Shown here piece by piece: positions 1 through 14,410 of a stretch of 64,000 nucleotides of DNA. Source of the DNA: the human T2T-CHM13v2.0 reference genome, Homo sapiens; NCBI RefSeq assembly GCF_009914755.1, contig NC_060927.1; one strand, 5' to 3'. The position numbers and the translations under genes were made by a program. Position 1 is the stretch's first letter; each line of letters starts with the position of its first letter. The notes under the pieces were generated by a model. That model had not been told where the DNA came from, searched no databases, and saw only the letters and a list, made by a program, of their open reading frames with translations.

Positions 1-225
1 AAGGCTTCCCTTGGCTGGGGGAGGGAGTTCCCCAACCCCTTGCACTGCCTGGGTGAGGCGACACCCCACCATGCTTCTGCTTGCCCTCCATGGGCTGCAC
101 CCAATATCTAACCATCCCAATGAGATGAACTGGGTACCTCAGTTGGAAATGCAGAAATCACCTGCCTTCTGCATTGGTTTTGCTGGGAGCTGCAGACCAG
201 AGCTCTTCCTATTCGGCCATCTTCT
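1..225 (-). mobile_element. 5' end (5'UTR) of an L1PA7/8-like LINE-1 that continues left out of the window
   Basis: Reverse complement reads AAGATGGCCGAATAGGAAGAGCTCTGGTCTGCAGCTCCCAGC...TTTCTGCATTTCCAACTGAGGTACCCAGTTCATCTCATTGGG, the L1PA 5' terminus with its YY1 site. Confidence 0.9.
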
Positions 226-599
226 GGACTCAAGGAAATGTGTTCTTTCTTAGCAAAGTACTGTTTGCCTATATTGCCGACTAGGCATTATTTGTTTCTC
301 TTCATCTTCTAACTTGTAGTTTTGGAGATTTTCAAGGTTTAGCATGGTATTCACAAGTGATGCACATGGGAAATAAAAAACAATTTTACAGTGTTATTTA
401 AATCTTGAAACTTTGATTGCTTATAAATATGTCTAAATATAATATATAAGAATCATGTTCTTTATATTTCCTTATGGAACTAGATATCACTTCAAGAGAT
501 GATTAAGATTATAAGTGATAGTAATTTATGTAAATAAATTCAACAATTTTACAATATTTTTCTGTGATAATAATAATTTATCTTACAAATTTCCCTTAC

Positions 600-1178
600 A
601 ATGTTTCAACTTGGTTTATTTGAAGTCTGAGTGTTGTTTTAAGAGATTTTTGACAGTTACTTTCTAATCATTCAAGAGAGAAATTTTGATAAGAAATCAA
701 TTTTAGGAAGTTATCTTGAAATTATGATGATTCAAGGAAGGTCTTGACTAGCATTAAGGTCAATTGGTATTAATGTTAATATAACCCGATTGTGAGAAAA
801 CCATGATTGTTACAATGTATTTGGTGGATTTGCTGAATTAAAAGCAAGAAAAATAATTTTAAGTAATAGAAATATAATTAGTAATTACATGTTTCTATTT
901 TACTATGTATTCAAACATTGTTGTTTACCCATAGAATACCAAGATATGTGCAATAATTAAATTCTCTTACCTTTGATATTTTGCAAACTTTCATTAATAT
1001 AAAAACCATAATTTTACATTATTTGATATTTTTGGTAAGGTCGTGTTTGTTGAAGTAGGGTGGTAGATCATATATGATGTAATATTACTAGCTTGACTTA
1101 TAATATTTAGTTAGACCCATAATAAGTGAGCCCCAATTTGTACTCTTCACAACTGCTACAAAAATTAGGAGCAAACTG
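600..1178 (+). mobile_element. hAT-Tip100 (Zaphod-like) DNA transposon remnant: transposase C-terminal hATC domain plus right end
   Basis: Frame from 676 reads ERNFDKKSILGSYLEIMMIQGRS*LALRSI...L*ENHDCYNVFGGFAELKARKI, resembling the hATC motif ERSFSKLKLIKNYLRSTMSQERLxxLAxxSIE...FAxxKARK. 1121-1178 resembles the recalled Zaphod terminus. Confidence 0.65.
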
Positions 1179-1199
1179 GTCTTACATTTAACTAATTGC

Positions 1200-1657
1200 T
1201 CACTTTCTATACCTCACTCAATCTACTTGCCCCTCCTCCCCCATGTTCTCTATCATAGAAAATCACACTGCTAATAATCTATTTGCTCTATCCTGGTTCT
1301 TTAATATTGAGGACCTCATCTAGTCTGAGACTCTTCAAAATTATTGTACCCTTCGATTAGAAAAAGCCGTACTAGTCATTCTTAATTGCTAATTCCAAAT
1401 CACTTTGAGTTATACTTTTTACAAAGACCATCCCTACTTCATTCAATTTATTCACTTCTTTTGCAGCATGCTATTATTTTATTTTTGCAACAAATATTTA
1501 ATTACTATTTTGATATTTGTCTTCTCTACAAGACTGTAAGCTTCTAAAGTAAGGTATGATATCTAAAATATTCATCACAGTTTTCTGTACACAGTGCAAT
1601 GTCTACTTTATGATATGTATGTGTGTATTAAATTGAATTAAATTGATTTGAATGAAA
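1200..1657 (+). mobile_element. Degraded L2 3' region
   Basis: AGACTGTAAGCTTCTAAAG...TTGAATTAAATTGATTTGAATGAA is typical of an L2 3' end and tail. Confidence 0.5.
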
Positions 1658-3360
1658 AGTACCTGAGAGTAGGGCCAAGAGTAGAATGATTTCTCTGGAA
1701 GTTAATTCCATGATTTCAGTAAAATATGAAAAGCTATAATGAATAATAATAAAATAAGAAATAGAAACATAATTCAAGAAAAAAATGTTGCTAAGAGGAA
1801 AACCCCAATGCTACAGTCCATATGCCTGTACCAATAAAATCAGATCTCCATTCCAGTAAATGTCATTCGAGCATCTTAGCTTTATTTTAAATTTGCAAAT
1901 GCTGTGGGACTACCTTTATGAGGAATACTTTTAAATCTGTCATTGTAACAGGTTTTCAGTAATTTAAATAATGAATGTTTGGACTCAAAATTGACTGCAT
2001 TGAAAGATAAAAATAAAATGTGTCAGAAATTTGTACAATCATTGTATTTTTCATTATTTAATCACTCTAATTTATTCTGTGTCTTAGCATTTAAACAAAG
2101 GCTTGAGCTTTAGAAAGACATGAGAAAAGTTTCTGCAAGATTGAGTTGCTAAGAAAATAAATTATCTACTTCATATTTATTACCTAAAAATAAATGTTTC
2201 TAATTTAGCACATTCCCTAATGAGAACACTTCCCTTGACTTAGAAATGTAAGTTAGTTTGCTCTTATGAGGCTGACATATAAAGAAATGAATTAAAATCT
2301 CTCTGTAGAAATGGAATGTGGTAACAAGTTATGTTTATTGTTGCTGCAGTTTATCTTCTTATTAAAGGAATTATATCTGATATTCTAGTCATTCTCTCCT
2401 TAACACTCATTTGTCATATTTTAAAATGTTTTAAAGTGGTCATTAAAGCATCTATATTGCTTTTACAAAATTTAAATTTATAATAACACTACCCCGCTGA
2501 TATACTGGTAGGCTACCTCAAATCAAAACCTTGTAAAAAATGTAATAAATACCAATTCTTCAGCAAGTATTAAAATTAGAAGGCTTACTAATGCTATTAG
2601 ATTTGCATAATTTAAATCTAATCTAAAATAGAGTTACATTACACAGGAAAAAGTTTTAATAAGTGTTCAAAATATAAGTTAAACACTAAATTCACTATTT
2701 CAGTGTGTTTCTGATCTCTGATTTATTTGTGCTTTGATGATATGAAATACCTTTAGTTAGAATTGAGTTATTGGACAGGTTGCAGGATTGAAAATTATTT
2801 TAAGCTGTACGGAGAACTATATAAGACCTTTATATTTAACCCTGGCCTTTTAAAAACTGTATTTACATTCACGTGCGCATGTCCTGGGAACTGACACAGA
2901 AAGCAGATAAACTAGTTGATCATGAGCAGAATTGCCCTCACAAACATAATAGATGCAAGATGTCTCCTAAAGAGAAATGACAAACTATGAAAACTTTCCC
3001 CATTATATTTTTACAGAATTCTAATGCCACCAAATGATTTTTTGAATTTAGGTGGAAAAACTTCAATCAAGGGATTATCAAGCAATTATTTCTAAAAACA
3101 CTGTTCTAAGGAAAGTGCAGAACAAGTATCATTTCTCAATATTCCTTCTTCATCAATAATAAAAAATACAAGCTTCCAAAATGGTTCATGCAATAGACTC
3201 AAACACAAATAATTCACAAAACCTCAAGAAACATATATGTATGTTTTTTCACATACATACTTGTTATACATACTTAAATGTATGGATTATTCAGTACAGC
3301 TCATGCTCTATGGTGCTCAAGAACTACTTCTTGAAGGAATGTACAAATAAATGCAAAATA

Positions 3361-3475
3361 TATATAGTATAAACACTATATATATATAGTATAAACACTA
3401 TATATATGTAGTATAAACACTATATATATGTAGTATAAACACTATATATATATATACACACACACATATACATAC
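3361..3475. repeat. ~22 bp AT-rich minisatellite (about 4 copies) followed by (TA)n(CA)n
   Basis: TAGTATAAACACTATATATAT(G/A) repeated. Confidence 0.9.
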
Positions 3476-5243
3476 AAAGCATTAACACCAACAATAGAAT
3501 GTTAACTCCAAAATCATACTAGATTAACAAAAATCTACCAAGAAATATTAACTATTTGGACCTTTAAGTGTGAAAATTTATTTCAGTTAACCAATGAAAG
3601 AGTAGATTTACTCACGGGTAAATGGACCTATACACATTTATATTGTATATTATACATAGATATTAATTTGCATGGCATATAAAAATTTTAGCTGTTATTT
3701 ATTGAATACTTGTATATAGAGGGCACATAAAATATTCTACTTTTATTATTTCTTTATTCTGTGCCATGATTCTTTGAAGCAGATAGTAATTTTATAGATA
3801 ATAAATTCACATATTAAATAGATTAAGCAATAAATAGGTTTGTCTCACAGAAGAGGCAGAACTAAAAACCAGGCATGTCAGTAGCTCAGGGACATGTTCT
3901 TAGTATGTATTTTACCTTGTAATTTTCCATCTCTCCATTAAATTAAAAATTAATTTTATTTATATAGATAAATATGATAAATACATTGATAGAGGGAGCC
4001 ATGCTTTCTTGCTGAAGTGCCTTCATGGCATTAGTAATTCTAAAGAAATTAGCACTTAAATAACATCATATAATATTTGTAGGGAGAAATGAACCATGGT
4101 ATAAATACAGTAGGAAAAGCATAGTGCCCCAAACTTCTGCTTATAAAATGTATGACATTATAATTAAAAAGTTTAAAATTATATAAACTATTAAAATATC
4201 TATATAGCACAACTGTGTAAGACAGCCAAAAATAAAATATTTCTATCAACATGTAGAGTGCATAACATGATTTTATTGTTGTCTTTTGGGGATGAGTTTT
4301 TCAAAAAGATATGAGATGTGATTTAACTAATTTTATTGTATTGATTTTTATATTGAAGTGATTACTTCCCTGTATGATATCATAAAATGAACATAGTTCT
4401 GTATCTTACTTTGGCAATTAATATTACCTAGGTAAGTTGTGATAATGTTCAGGACAATTTCTTCAAAGAGTATTGTCAATGTATTTTATTATATGATACT
4501 CATTATGTAAATTTGAATCCCCAGATCATTGATTCTCACAGTTTGATTTTAGCTTGTGTGAAGGCTACAAAAAATGTGTAAAATGTCTTGATCTTCTTTA
4601 AAGAAAGCATTGACTACCAAAATTTAAACACTAGGTAAGATCTAGATGCCCTACAAATTAAAAAGATAAGATCTATTGATCATTAAATTTTTTTCAAAAT
4701 ACAATTCAATTGATCTGTTTGCCTCATTTCTCGACTTTACTAATCTTACAAGAGATTATTAGCAATTTGTTTTTAGCATCAACCCCAATATTTTCTGTGA
4801 AACATGAATGCAAGTTTTGGGAAAATTCCACTATATTTTAGACAATACGTGGTAGCTTTTTGACTCAGTAGTTAGGAAAGAAACTTCATTTTGCAATAAA
4901 TACCTATACTAACAACGTATGCCTCAGGGACAAGTTCTTGATTATATGAATGAATTATTCTTTGACTTTCTGAAAGACAAGGAGAATGAAAGAAGACATT
5001 CAAAATTATTTTTCACTTTAATGTCTTACACTGGCATTTTTCTATCATTTCTTCAGGCATATTTTCTTTCACAATTGAGACTGGCTTCATATCCTTTGTC
5101 CCCTGTTAAGGATTTTAAACTTTTGAGCTTCATATTTTATTATAGAAAATTTAAACACGTGTGGAGTAAATTAAATAAGATAACAAATTCCTGTGTATTC
5201 TGCCCCCAATTGAAAATTGTATCTACATTCTACCATTCATCCC

Positions 5244-5603
5244 TGATATGGTTTGGCTGTGTCTCCACTCAAATCTCAAATTTTAGCTCCTATAATTCCC
5301 ACGTGTAGTGGGAGGGTTGGAGGTAATTGAATCAGGAGGGCAGGTCTTTCCTGTGCTGTTGTCATGATAGTAAATAAGTCTCACAAGAACTGATGGTTTT
5401 GTAAAGGGGAGATCCCCTCCAAATGCTCTCTCTCTGTTGTCTGCTGCCATGTAAGACATGCCTTTGCTCCTCATTTGCTTTCAGCCATGATTGTGAGGCC
5501 TCCCAAGCCATGTGAAACTGTGAGTCCATTAAACCTCTTTCCTTTATAAAATTACCCAGTTTTGGGTTTATCTTTATTAGCTGTGTGAGAACAGACTAAT
5601 ACA
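5244..5603 (+). mobile_element. THE1B-like MaLR solo LTR
   Basis: TGATATGGTTTGGCTGTGTC...GACTAATACA termini; perfect 5 bp TSD ATCCC (5239-5243, 5604-5608). Confidence 0.92.
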
Positions 5604-7103
5604 ATCCCACTCCCTAACATGGCAATGATAAGGATGATGATGTTTATGATGATGATTGAAGCAATTTTTGGAGGCAGCATTTACATACATTGAAATGTAC
5701 TAATATTAAATGTACAAGTTTGCAAAATGAATTATCTTCCCCCTGAAAGGCACACTTCTATTATCTATCTTCCCAGAAATTTCCCTTGTATCCCTTCCCA
5801 GAAAATTTAGTCTTCCGAGGCAACCACCCTTCTAATTGTTTCAAATCAAACTATTATTGCCTGTTATGGGATGTCACATAAATGGAACTATATGGTATGT
5901 GTTCTTTAATGTCTGTCTTTTTTCTCTCAGCATTTTGTTTATGAGATTAATCTATGTTTATGTGTGTATCAGTGGTTAATTCCTTGTTATTAATGAGAGA
6001 TATTTCATTCTATAAATACACAAAATGTATTTATTTTTTTCCTTTGTTGGAATTTGGGATGTTTCCAGTTTAGGGCTATATATAAAACTTATAAACATTC
6101 TTGGAAAAGTCTTTTTATGGAAATATGTTTTTATTTCTCTTTGTAGACACCCACAAGTGGAATTGTTGGGTCAAAAAATAGATGTATATTTAACTTATTA
6201 TGAAACTGCCAAAACTTTTATTGAAATAATTATGCTATTTTATTTTTAATATGTGAGATACTGGTTTCTACAAATTTTCATTACCATTTATTGTTGTTAG
6301 TCTTTGTACTTTTAGCCATTCTGATAAAATTTATAATGAGTGGTATTTCATTGTGATTGTAATTTGCATTTTCTTAACTTTTTCTTGTGCTTTTTGGCCA
6401 TTTTTATCTTCCTATAAGAAATGTTCATTTCTTTTTATTTACTTTTATTATACTATCATTGATTAAAGGAATTTCTAATATATATCCTGGATACAAGTCT
6501 TTTGTAGGATGTTTTGCAAACATATTCTTTCAGTTTTTACCTAACTTATTCACTTTTGTCTTAATGGTGGTTTCTGATGACTGGACATTTTAACTTTTAA
6601 AAATCTAATTTATTTTATTTTTTATGTTTCTGTGTCCTGTTTAAGAAATCTTCACTAAATTACAAAAAAAATTCTACATTTCCTTTTAAGAGCTTTATAA
6701 TCTTAGTTTTTAAAAATATGTATCATTTATTTCAAACTAAGTTTTGCATATAGTAGAAGAGAATGTTCATTTTATTCATATGGAGATCCAGTGTTGAAGT
6801 TCTATTTATTTAAATAACTTGTCTTTTTCCCCTTGCATTGCTTTGGAGCCTTTATCAGCAACCAACTGACCATATAATTGTGGTGTTACTTCTGTAATCT
6901 CTATTCTGACATTGATAATGCTATAATTATGTCAATAACCATACTGTTTTTACTGTATATATTTAAGGTATATAACATGATGTTTTGACATACATATATA
7001 TAAAGATTATTAGTACAGTCAAGCAAATTAACATATCCATCATCTTACATAATTACTTTTTGTGGGGCAGGAGCACCTAGAATCTACTCTCTTAAAAGTT
7101 TTC

Positions 7104-7432
<329 letters not shown>

Positions 7433-8367
7433 CTATGTGACATTATAGTTAACTATATATGTTACATAAAGATACACTATTATTAACTATAGTCCTTATC
7501 AGATCTCTAGATTCATCCTACACAACTTTAAATTTATAACCTTTTTGACTTACATTTCAACAAGACCACCAAGAAGACGCAGTGAAGAAAGGGTAGACTC
7601 TTTAATAAACAATGTTGGGAAAACTGGATATTCACATGCAAAAGAATAAATGTCTTACATTATACACAAACATAAATTCAAAATAGGTTAAAGACATAAA
7701 TGTAAGACCTGAAACCATAAAACTCTTAGAAGAAAACATAGGGAATAACCTCCTTGATACTGGCTTTGGCAATGAATTTTTGAACATCACACCAGAAGTT
7801 CAGGCAACAAATGCAAAAATAAACTAGTGGGACCTATATTAAGCCAAAAAGTTTATGTGCAGCAAAGGAAACAATTAACAAAATGGAAAGGCAACTCAGA
7901 ATGGGAGAAAATATTTCCAAACCATATATCTGTTAAGGGGTTAATAGCCAAAATAGCAAACTAACAAAACTCACAAAACAATAGCAAAAGATCAAATAGC
8001 ACAATTTAAAAATGGGCAAAGGACCTAAATAGATATTTTTCCAAAGAAGACATAAAAATGGCCAAAAAGTATATATGCAAAGGTGCTCAACATCACCAAA
8101 TCATCAGGTACATGCAATTCAAGCCCATAATGAGATCTTATCTCACTCCTGTTAGGATGGCTATTATCAAAAAGAGAACAAAATAACACATTGGTGAGTG
8201 TGTGGAGAAAAGAAAACCCTTATATGCTGTTGGTGAAAATGTAAATTATTAGTACAGACTTTATGGAAAACACTATGGAGGTTCCTCAAAAAATTAAAAA
8301 TAGAACTACCATATGACACAGCATTACTTCTGCTGGGTATATATCCAAAAAATTTTCAAACAGCACC

Positions 8368-9050
8368 TTGTGCAGAGAAGAGGGAAAGCTTATGCACTGT
8401 TGGTGGGAGTGTAAATTAGTTCAACCATTGTGGAAAGCAGTGTGGCAATTCCTCAGAAAACTAAAAACAGAACTACCATTTGACCCAGGAATCCTATTAC
8501 TGGGTATATATCCAGAAAGATATAAAACATTCTACCACAAAGACACATTCATGTGAATGTTCATTGCAGCACTCTTCACAATAGCCAAGACGTGGAATCA
8601 ACTTAAATGCCTATCAATGACAGGTTGAATAAAGAAAATGTGGTACATATATACAATAGAATACTATTCTATTTTATAGAATACTATAAAAAGGAATGAG
8701 AGATCATGTCTTTTGCAGGAACATGGATGGAGCTAGAGGACATTACCTTTAGCAAACTAATGCAGGTATAGAAAACCGAATATCACATGTTCTCACTTAT
8801 AATCGGGAGCTCAATGATGAGAACTTATGGACACACAAAAGGAGAATAACAGACACTGGGGCCCACTTGAGAGTAGAAGGTGAGAGGAAGGAGAGAAGCA
8901 GAAAAACATAACTATTGAGTATTAGGCTTAGTACCTGGGTGACAAAATAATCTGTATAACAAACCCCTGTGACATGAGTTTACCCACATAACAAACCTGT
9001 AATGTACCCTTGAACCTAAAAAAAAGTTAAGAAATAGAAAAAATAAAATA
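8368..9050 (+). mobile_element. 5'-truncated L1PA15/16-like 3' end nested in the L1MA
   Basis: ORF2 tail ([14 protein letters not shown]) and 3'UTR ending GTACCTGGGTGACAAAATAATCTGT...GAACCTAAAAAAAAGTTAA; the L1MA resumes after it. Confidence 0.8.
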
Positions 9051-10558
9051 AATCAGCAATTAATAGAGATTTCTGTGCTCCCATAATCACAATAGCCAAG
9101 TTTTTGAAATAACCTAAGTGTTCATAAAGGGATGTACAGTAAATTAATTGTGATGTGTAGGGGGGAGTGTAGAGTATAAATAGGATTATTATAGGTAATA
9201 TCTAGTGGAATGTTATTTAGTCTTTAAAAAACAGTGATTGCCATTTGTGACAACATGAATAAACCTGAAGAACATTACGCTGAGAGAAATAAGCCAAACA
9301 GAAAGAAAAATGCCACGTGATCTCACCTATATATGGGATGTAAAAAATGTCAACTGCAAAGAAAAAGAGTAGAATGGTGTTTACCAGGGGCAGGGAGAGG
9401 GACAATACCATATTGTCTTGATTACTCAATTATTGAGTCTTAACTCAAGAAATGTGAGTCATCCAGCTTTGTTCTTTTTCAAGATCAATTTTGCTATTCT
9501 AACCCCTTGTCGTTTCAAAAAAAAATTTTTTAATCAATTTATCAATTTCTACATTTATGTTGTTTATGGTAGAGATTACTTGAATCAGTGAATTAATTTG
9601 GAAAGAACTTATCTCTTAAATATATTGGGTCTTGCCCACCATGAAAATGGCATATTTTTCTCTATATTTAGATTTCTTTTTTTAATGTCTCTTAGCAATG
9701 TTTTACAGGTTTTGGTTTAAAGGTTTTACACATCTTATGTAACATTCATTGCTTAGTAAGTTGTGAATTTAATGTTATTACATTTTTTCATGTTCCAGTT
9801 GTTTACCTCCAGTATATAGAAATACAATTATTTTATACATTCACTTTGTGTCTTGAGACCTTGCTAAATTCATTTATTAATTCTAAAAATTGTAGCTGAT
9901 TCTATATAATTCCCATGTCTCAATCTTATCATATGTGATAGAGATAATTTTATTTCTTTTAAATTTGTATGTGTCTTATTTATTTTTATTTTTCACTATT
10001 CCTTGTTTCCCTGGATGGGTTATCCAGTAGCACATTATATAGAAATGGTCAGAGGAGACATCGTTGACTTGCTTCTGATCTTATAGTGACCACATTCAGT
10101 CTTCATCACTGAAGTATGATGATACTTGGAAGTCTAACATTTCTTGGTTTTAGAAAGTTTTTTCTTATTTAGCTGAAAGTTTTAATGAGGGTGCTGAATT
10201 ATGTCAAATGCTTTTTCTGCATGTATTGAGTACTCATATGGTTTTTCTACTTTATTTTGTCAATGTGGTGAATTGCATTGAATGATTTTGGAATAGAAAA
10301 CATCCTTATATTCTGGAATGAATTCCACTTGGTCATAGTGTTTCATCTCTTTTTATATATTTCTGGATTATTTGCTTAAGAGTATTTTGCTTAGGAATTT
10401 ATAATCTATATTCATGAGAGATTCTGTACATAATTTTCTTCTCTTGTAATGTTTTTGTCAGCTTTTGCTATCAGGATAATGCTGGCCTAATAAAATGAAT
10501 TGGAAAACATCTCTCCTCCATTTTCAGTCAGATTTAGCATAAAATTGCAAAACTGTTA

Positions 10559-11227
10559 CAGCAGTTTCCCCTTATCATCAGGGGATACATTTCAACCCCC
10601 AACAAATGCCAGAAACCATGGATAGTACCGAACCCAATTGCCGTCTATTGGAACACATTTCTGTTCATGTCTTCCACTCACAAATTTAATCTTTCCTATA
10701 TTAACTAAGTACTTATCAAGCATTGTAGCCAGAGTTTTGCAGTTAAAGGTAGGACAGCAGAACTAGCATGAATTTATTTTTCTTTCTACACAATTCCACG
10801 AATAGAAGATTTGTTCTTACCATAGATCTTAGCAAATTCATTGTACCACTATTTTTTCTTTCCTTAAGTCAAGAAGGGTCACCTTTTCACTTAAAGAAAG
10901 CGATTTACGCTTTCTCTTTGGCAATGTGGATTATCAGCATCAATACTCTTGCTCTTTGGCACCATTATTAAGTGAAATAAACATTACTTGAACACAAGCA
11001 CTGTGATACAATGACAGTAGATCCGATAACAAGAAGGCTAAGTGACTAACAGACAAGTAACATAGACAGCATAAAGACACTGAAAAAAGGGATGATTCAC
11101 ATCCCAGGTGGAAGGGAAATGGACAGCATAAGATTTCATCCCACTGCTCAGAACAATGTGCAAACTTATGTGACTGTGGATAACTGAAACTCAGGAAAGT
11201 TAAACTGTGGCTAAGGGAGGACTACTG
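10559..11227. mobile_element. MER44 (Tigger7-derived) non-autonomous TcMar DNA transposon
   Basis: Inverted termini CAGCAGTTTCCCCTTA / TAAGGGAGGACTACTG, TA on the left flank. Confidence 0.8.
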
Positions 11228-11967
11228 CATTGATTCCTGAAATGCTTAAGAGAATTTATTGGTGTATACATCTGTGCCTAGAGTTTTCACAATAAAAAGG
11301 TTGATATTTTTTAATTCAATTCATTTGATAGATATAAAGGTATTGGTATTTTAATGTTTTATCTATCAAGGAATTTTAGTTATTCATAATATTGCCTTAT
11401 ATGATTTTAACATGTGTATAATTTTTTTAATATATTTTTAAAAATTTCTGATACTGAAAATTTATATCTTCTCTTTATTTTTTCTTAACAGTCTTACTGG
11501 AAGCTTATCAGTTTTATAAAACTTTTCAAAAAAATCAACATTTGGTTATGTCAATTTTCTCTGTTGTCTTTTCTTTTTCTATATCTATGGATTCCTTTTT
11601 ATGTCTTCCATATATCTGCTTTAAATCCTTGAGCATATTTATATGTTAAACAGTTGTTTTAATGTCCTTGTTTGCTGCTTCCATTTCTCTGTCATTTTTG
11701 TATCTGTTCTATTAACTAATATTTCTCCTGATTATAGACCACATTTTCCTTCTTTAAAAATCTAGATATTGTGGGGTTTGCTTGTGAAATATTATTAATT
11801 TTTTATTATTACTGTTAGATTTATTTTCTTCCTTTGAATTGTGTTGGATGTTGTTTTAAGCCACTTACAGAGCCATTTGATTATTTTAAGGTTGGTTTCT
11901 ATGCTTTTCAAGGGTGGATCTAGATGAACCTTTATTCTAGAGCTAGTTTGGCCCCATGACTAATACC

Positions 11968-12108
11968 CTGAGCCAGCTTCATATCGTACAAACTGTTTAG
12001 TTGCATAAGGGCCTGAACTAAGAGAGGCTCTGCCCTTGGCTCTACTATCACTATCTTGAAATCCTTAAATAATTTTATTATTGAATTTGTGTTTCATGTA
12101 ATCCAATG
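11968..12108. mobile_element. MER45B/C-like hAT fragment
   Basis: GAGCCAGCTTCAT...TCTTGAAATCCTTAAATAATTTTATTATTGAATTTGTGTTT matches the recalled MER45 left end. Confidence 0.6.
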
Positions 12109-12177
12109 TCTGAAGACAGTTGTTTCAGATGATGTTCCCTACCTGTTTGGTTGTTGTTTACAGTGGGAGAGAACCCT

Positions 12178-12633
12178 TACTAATACTGGGTTCTCCAGTG
12201 AAACAGAACAAATGGGGTAAATAGTGATATATACATAGACAGATATTTATTATGAGGTATTGACTCATGCAATTATGCAGGCTGAGACATCCCAAAATCT
12301 GCTGTCTGTAAGCTGGAGGCCCAGGAAAGTTCTTCATGTAGTTGAGTTAAAGCACAAACACCTGAGAACCAGGACAGCCAATGTCTTAGGGCAAGAGAAA
12401 ATGAGTATCCCACCTCAAGAAGAGAGAGTTAATTCACTCTTCTATTCAATCCTTCAATGGATTGAATGATGCCTGCCCATTTTGGTGACAGCAGTCTTCT
12501 TTACTCAGTCAGCTGATCCAAGTGCTAACCTCTTCTACAAGCATCCTCACAGATGCACTGAAAAATAATAGTTTAGCATCTATCTGGGCATCCCTTCATC
12601 CAGTTAAGTTGATACACAAAATTAACCATCACA
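12178..12633 (-). mobile_element. MLT2B-like ERVL solo LTR
   Basis: GGGTTCTCCAGTGAAACAGAAC...GCTGAGACATCCC...AAAATTAACCATCACA terminus. Confidence 0.85.
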
Positions 12634-13439
12634 GTCCCATAAGGAGTCATGAAAACCCCTTCATATGAAAAAGCAGAAATCAATAAGATAACATGAACAT
12701 ATTGAAGATTATTTTTGAAATGTAAATATACATTTTAAAAATAGAAAATAGAAATTATATATTTTACTTGTTTAATACTACTGAATTTTGAAACTGAAAA
12801 TTTCTACCTTCCTTTGCACCAAGTTGTTACTCTCAGCTTTTTCATTCCTTGATGATATTTTTGTGTAAGATAAGTTATGGATGCTTAAAATTATGAGCAG
12901 TATTTAGTATTATTCAGTTTATTTATAGAAAATATTTGTTCACAATTATAAACAGATGCAAATACCTGTAAAATACCTAGAACTATCCCACAGATATTTG
13001 TAGAATTCTGGTATTCAAACATTGCCCAAGAACTCTCCTTTGAAGCTCTATATGCACATTAAGTAGTAATAGTGAAATGTGAATTAATGTTATTCTATTT
13101 ACATAAAATTAAAAACTAAAATTTTTTAAAATTCATTCTACTAGGCCAGCACTTTGGAAATATAATTCAGACTAACATTTTAAGTTTAGGAACTAGTTTC
13201 ACATAGGAAACTATTCCACTTTATTCTTTCTCAATATTGTTTCCCAAAAGCACAGCTTCCACAGGAAAGAACTTACGAGTCTTCTTGCAGATAAATTTCC
13301 CCAAAAAAGTAATGGCTGGGCCCAAATGCCAATAGTGTTGAAATTGAGAACTTCTTCCACAGTGGAAGTTACCCTAAGAATTAAAAAGGTCAGAATCTCA
13401 AAATACATTTATCAAGGAAGACGTGTTCACCGATTCACT

Positions 13440-14410
13440 GACTCTATGTCCTAGAATGGTTCAGAGGAAACTCTCTTTACTACAGCTGTGAGAAATATGT
13501 TTGTGAGAGGAACTCCAGTATCCTTGAGAAGCTATGTGGTAGCTATTTATTTTCTGTATAGCAGGAATGACAAAGGGAACCGCTGTTATTAGAATAGGCT
13601 CCCTGAATTCAGTGGGGATGATAAGAATCCAGAGTGGCAGTGACCACACACGAACAGCAACACTTAATTGCCAAAGAAAGATGGTTACCATCATGGCCAA
13701 CAAAACTGAAGCCAGCATTGTAATATTTTGGCCTGCCTACATTTTGGCCAATTTAGGCCAATTAATCTTAATGTTTCTAGAGGTGAACTAGATAGAAAAT
13801 CTAATAAAGTTTTATTCAATTTATATTACTAGAAAAGTGCTAGGTCTGGTGAACACAAGTCTGACTTGTGTCACCCCACTAGAAAGTAACAATTCTTTCA
13901 CTAACTCAGTTAGGAGTTTACAGCCCAGAGCCTTTATATAAAAAGGAGCCAACATTCTCTTAAGGATATACTGCTCCAATACTAAAAAAAAAAAATAAGC
14001 GATTCCTCTTTTGGTCTCCCAAGGTCACTAAGATATCTGTGCATCAGAGAGATGGATTAACCAAAATTTTCAGTTTGTTGCTCACTCACTAGACTGACAC
14101 TAACTCCTGGAGACTCAAAACGCTTCTGTGGTCCAATAATCAGAACAGGGGTGTATGGAGGTCAGCTAATGAGCAGAATTTTGGTTTAATAAGCCCAATA
14201 TATCTTTGAAACCATTGTGTGGTTATTTCCTCTACTTCAGAATGCAGAATTGGAATAAACAGACTCAGCTTCTAATAGAATCCCCATGTTGGCTTCCTGA
14301 CCATGAAAGATCAGATGAGGCACCCAGAGCTGCTTGTACCTAACAAATATTAAACCAATAGCAATACCACATTTTTTGAGAGATTTCAATTACTCGTGTC
14401 ACCATCTGGA
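13440..14410 (+). mobile_element. ERVL internal remnant (gag C-terminus, protease, start of pol), degenerate
   Basis: Segments translate to GSLNSVGMIRIQSG (ERVL gag), LTLTPGDSKRFCGPIIRTGVYGGQ and VVISSTSECRIGI...NPHVGFLT (ERVL protease region), with stops and frameshifts. Confidence 0.75.

Noticed and set aside
4919-5308. 129 aa ATG ORF
   Set aside because: Runs into L1 and THE1B sequence; no recognisable domain or splice structure.
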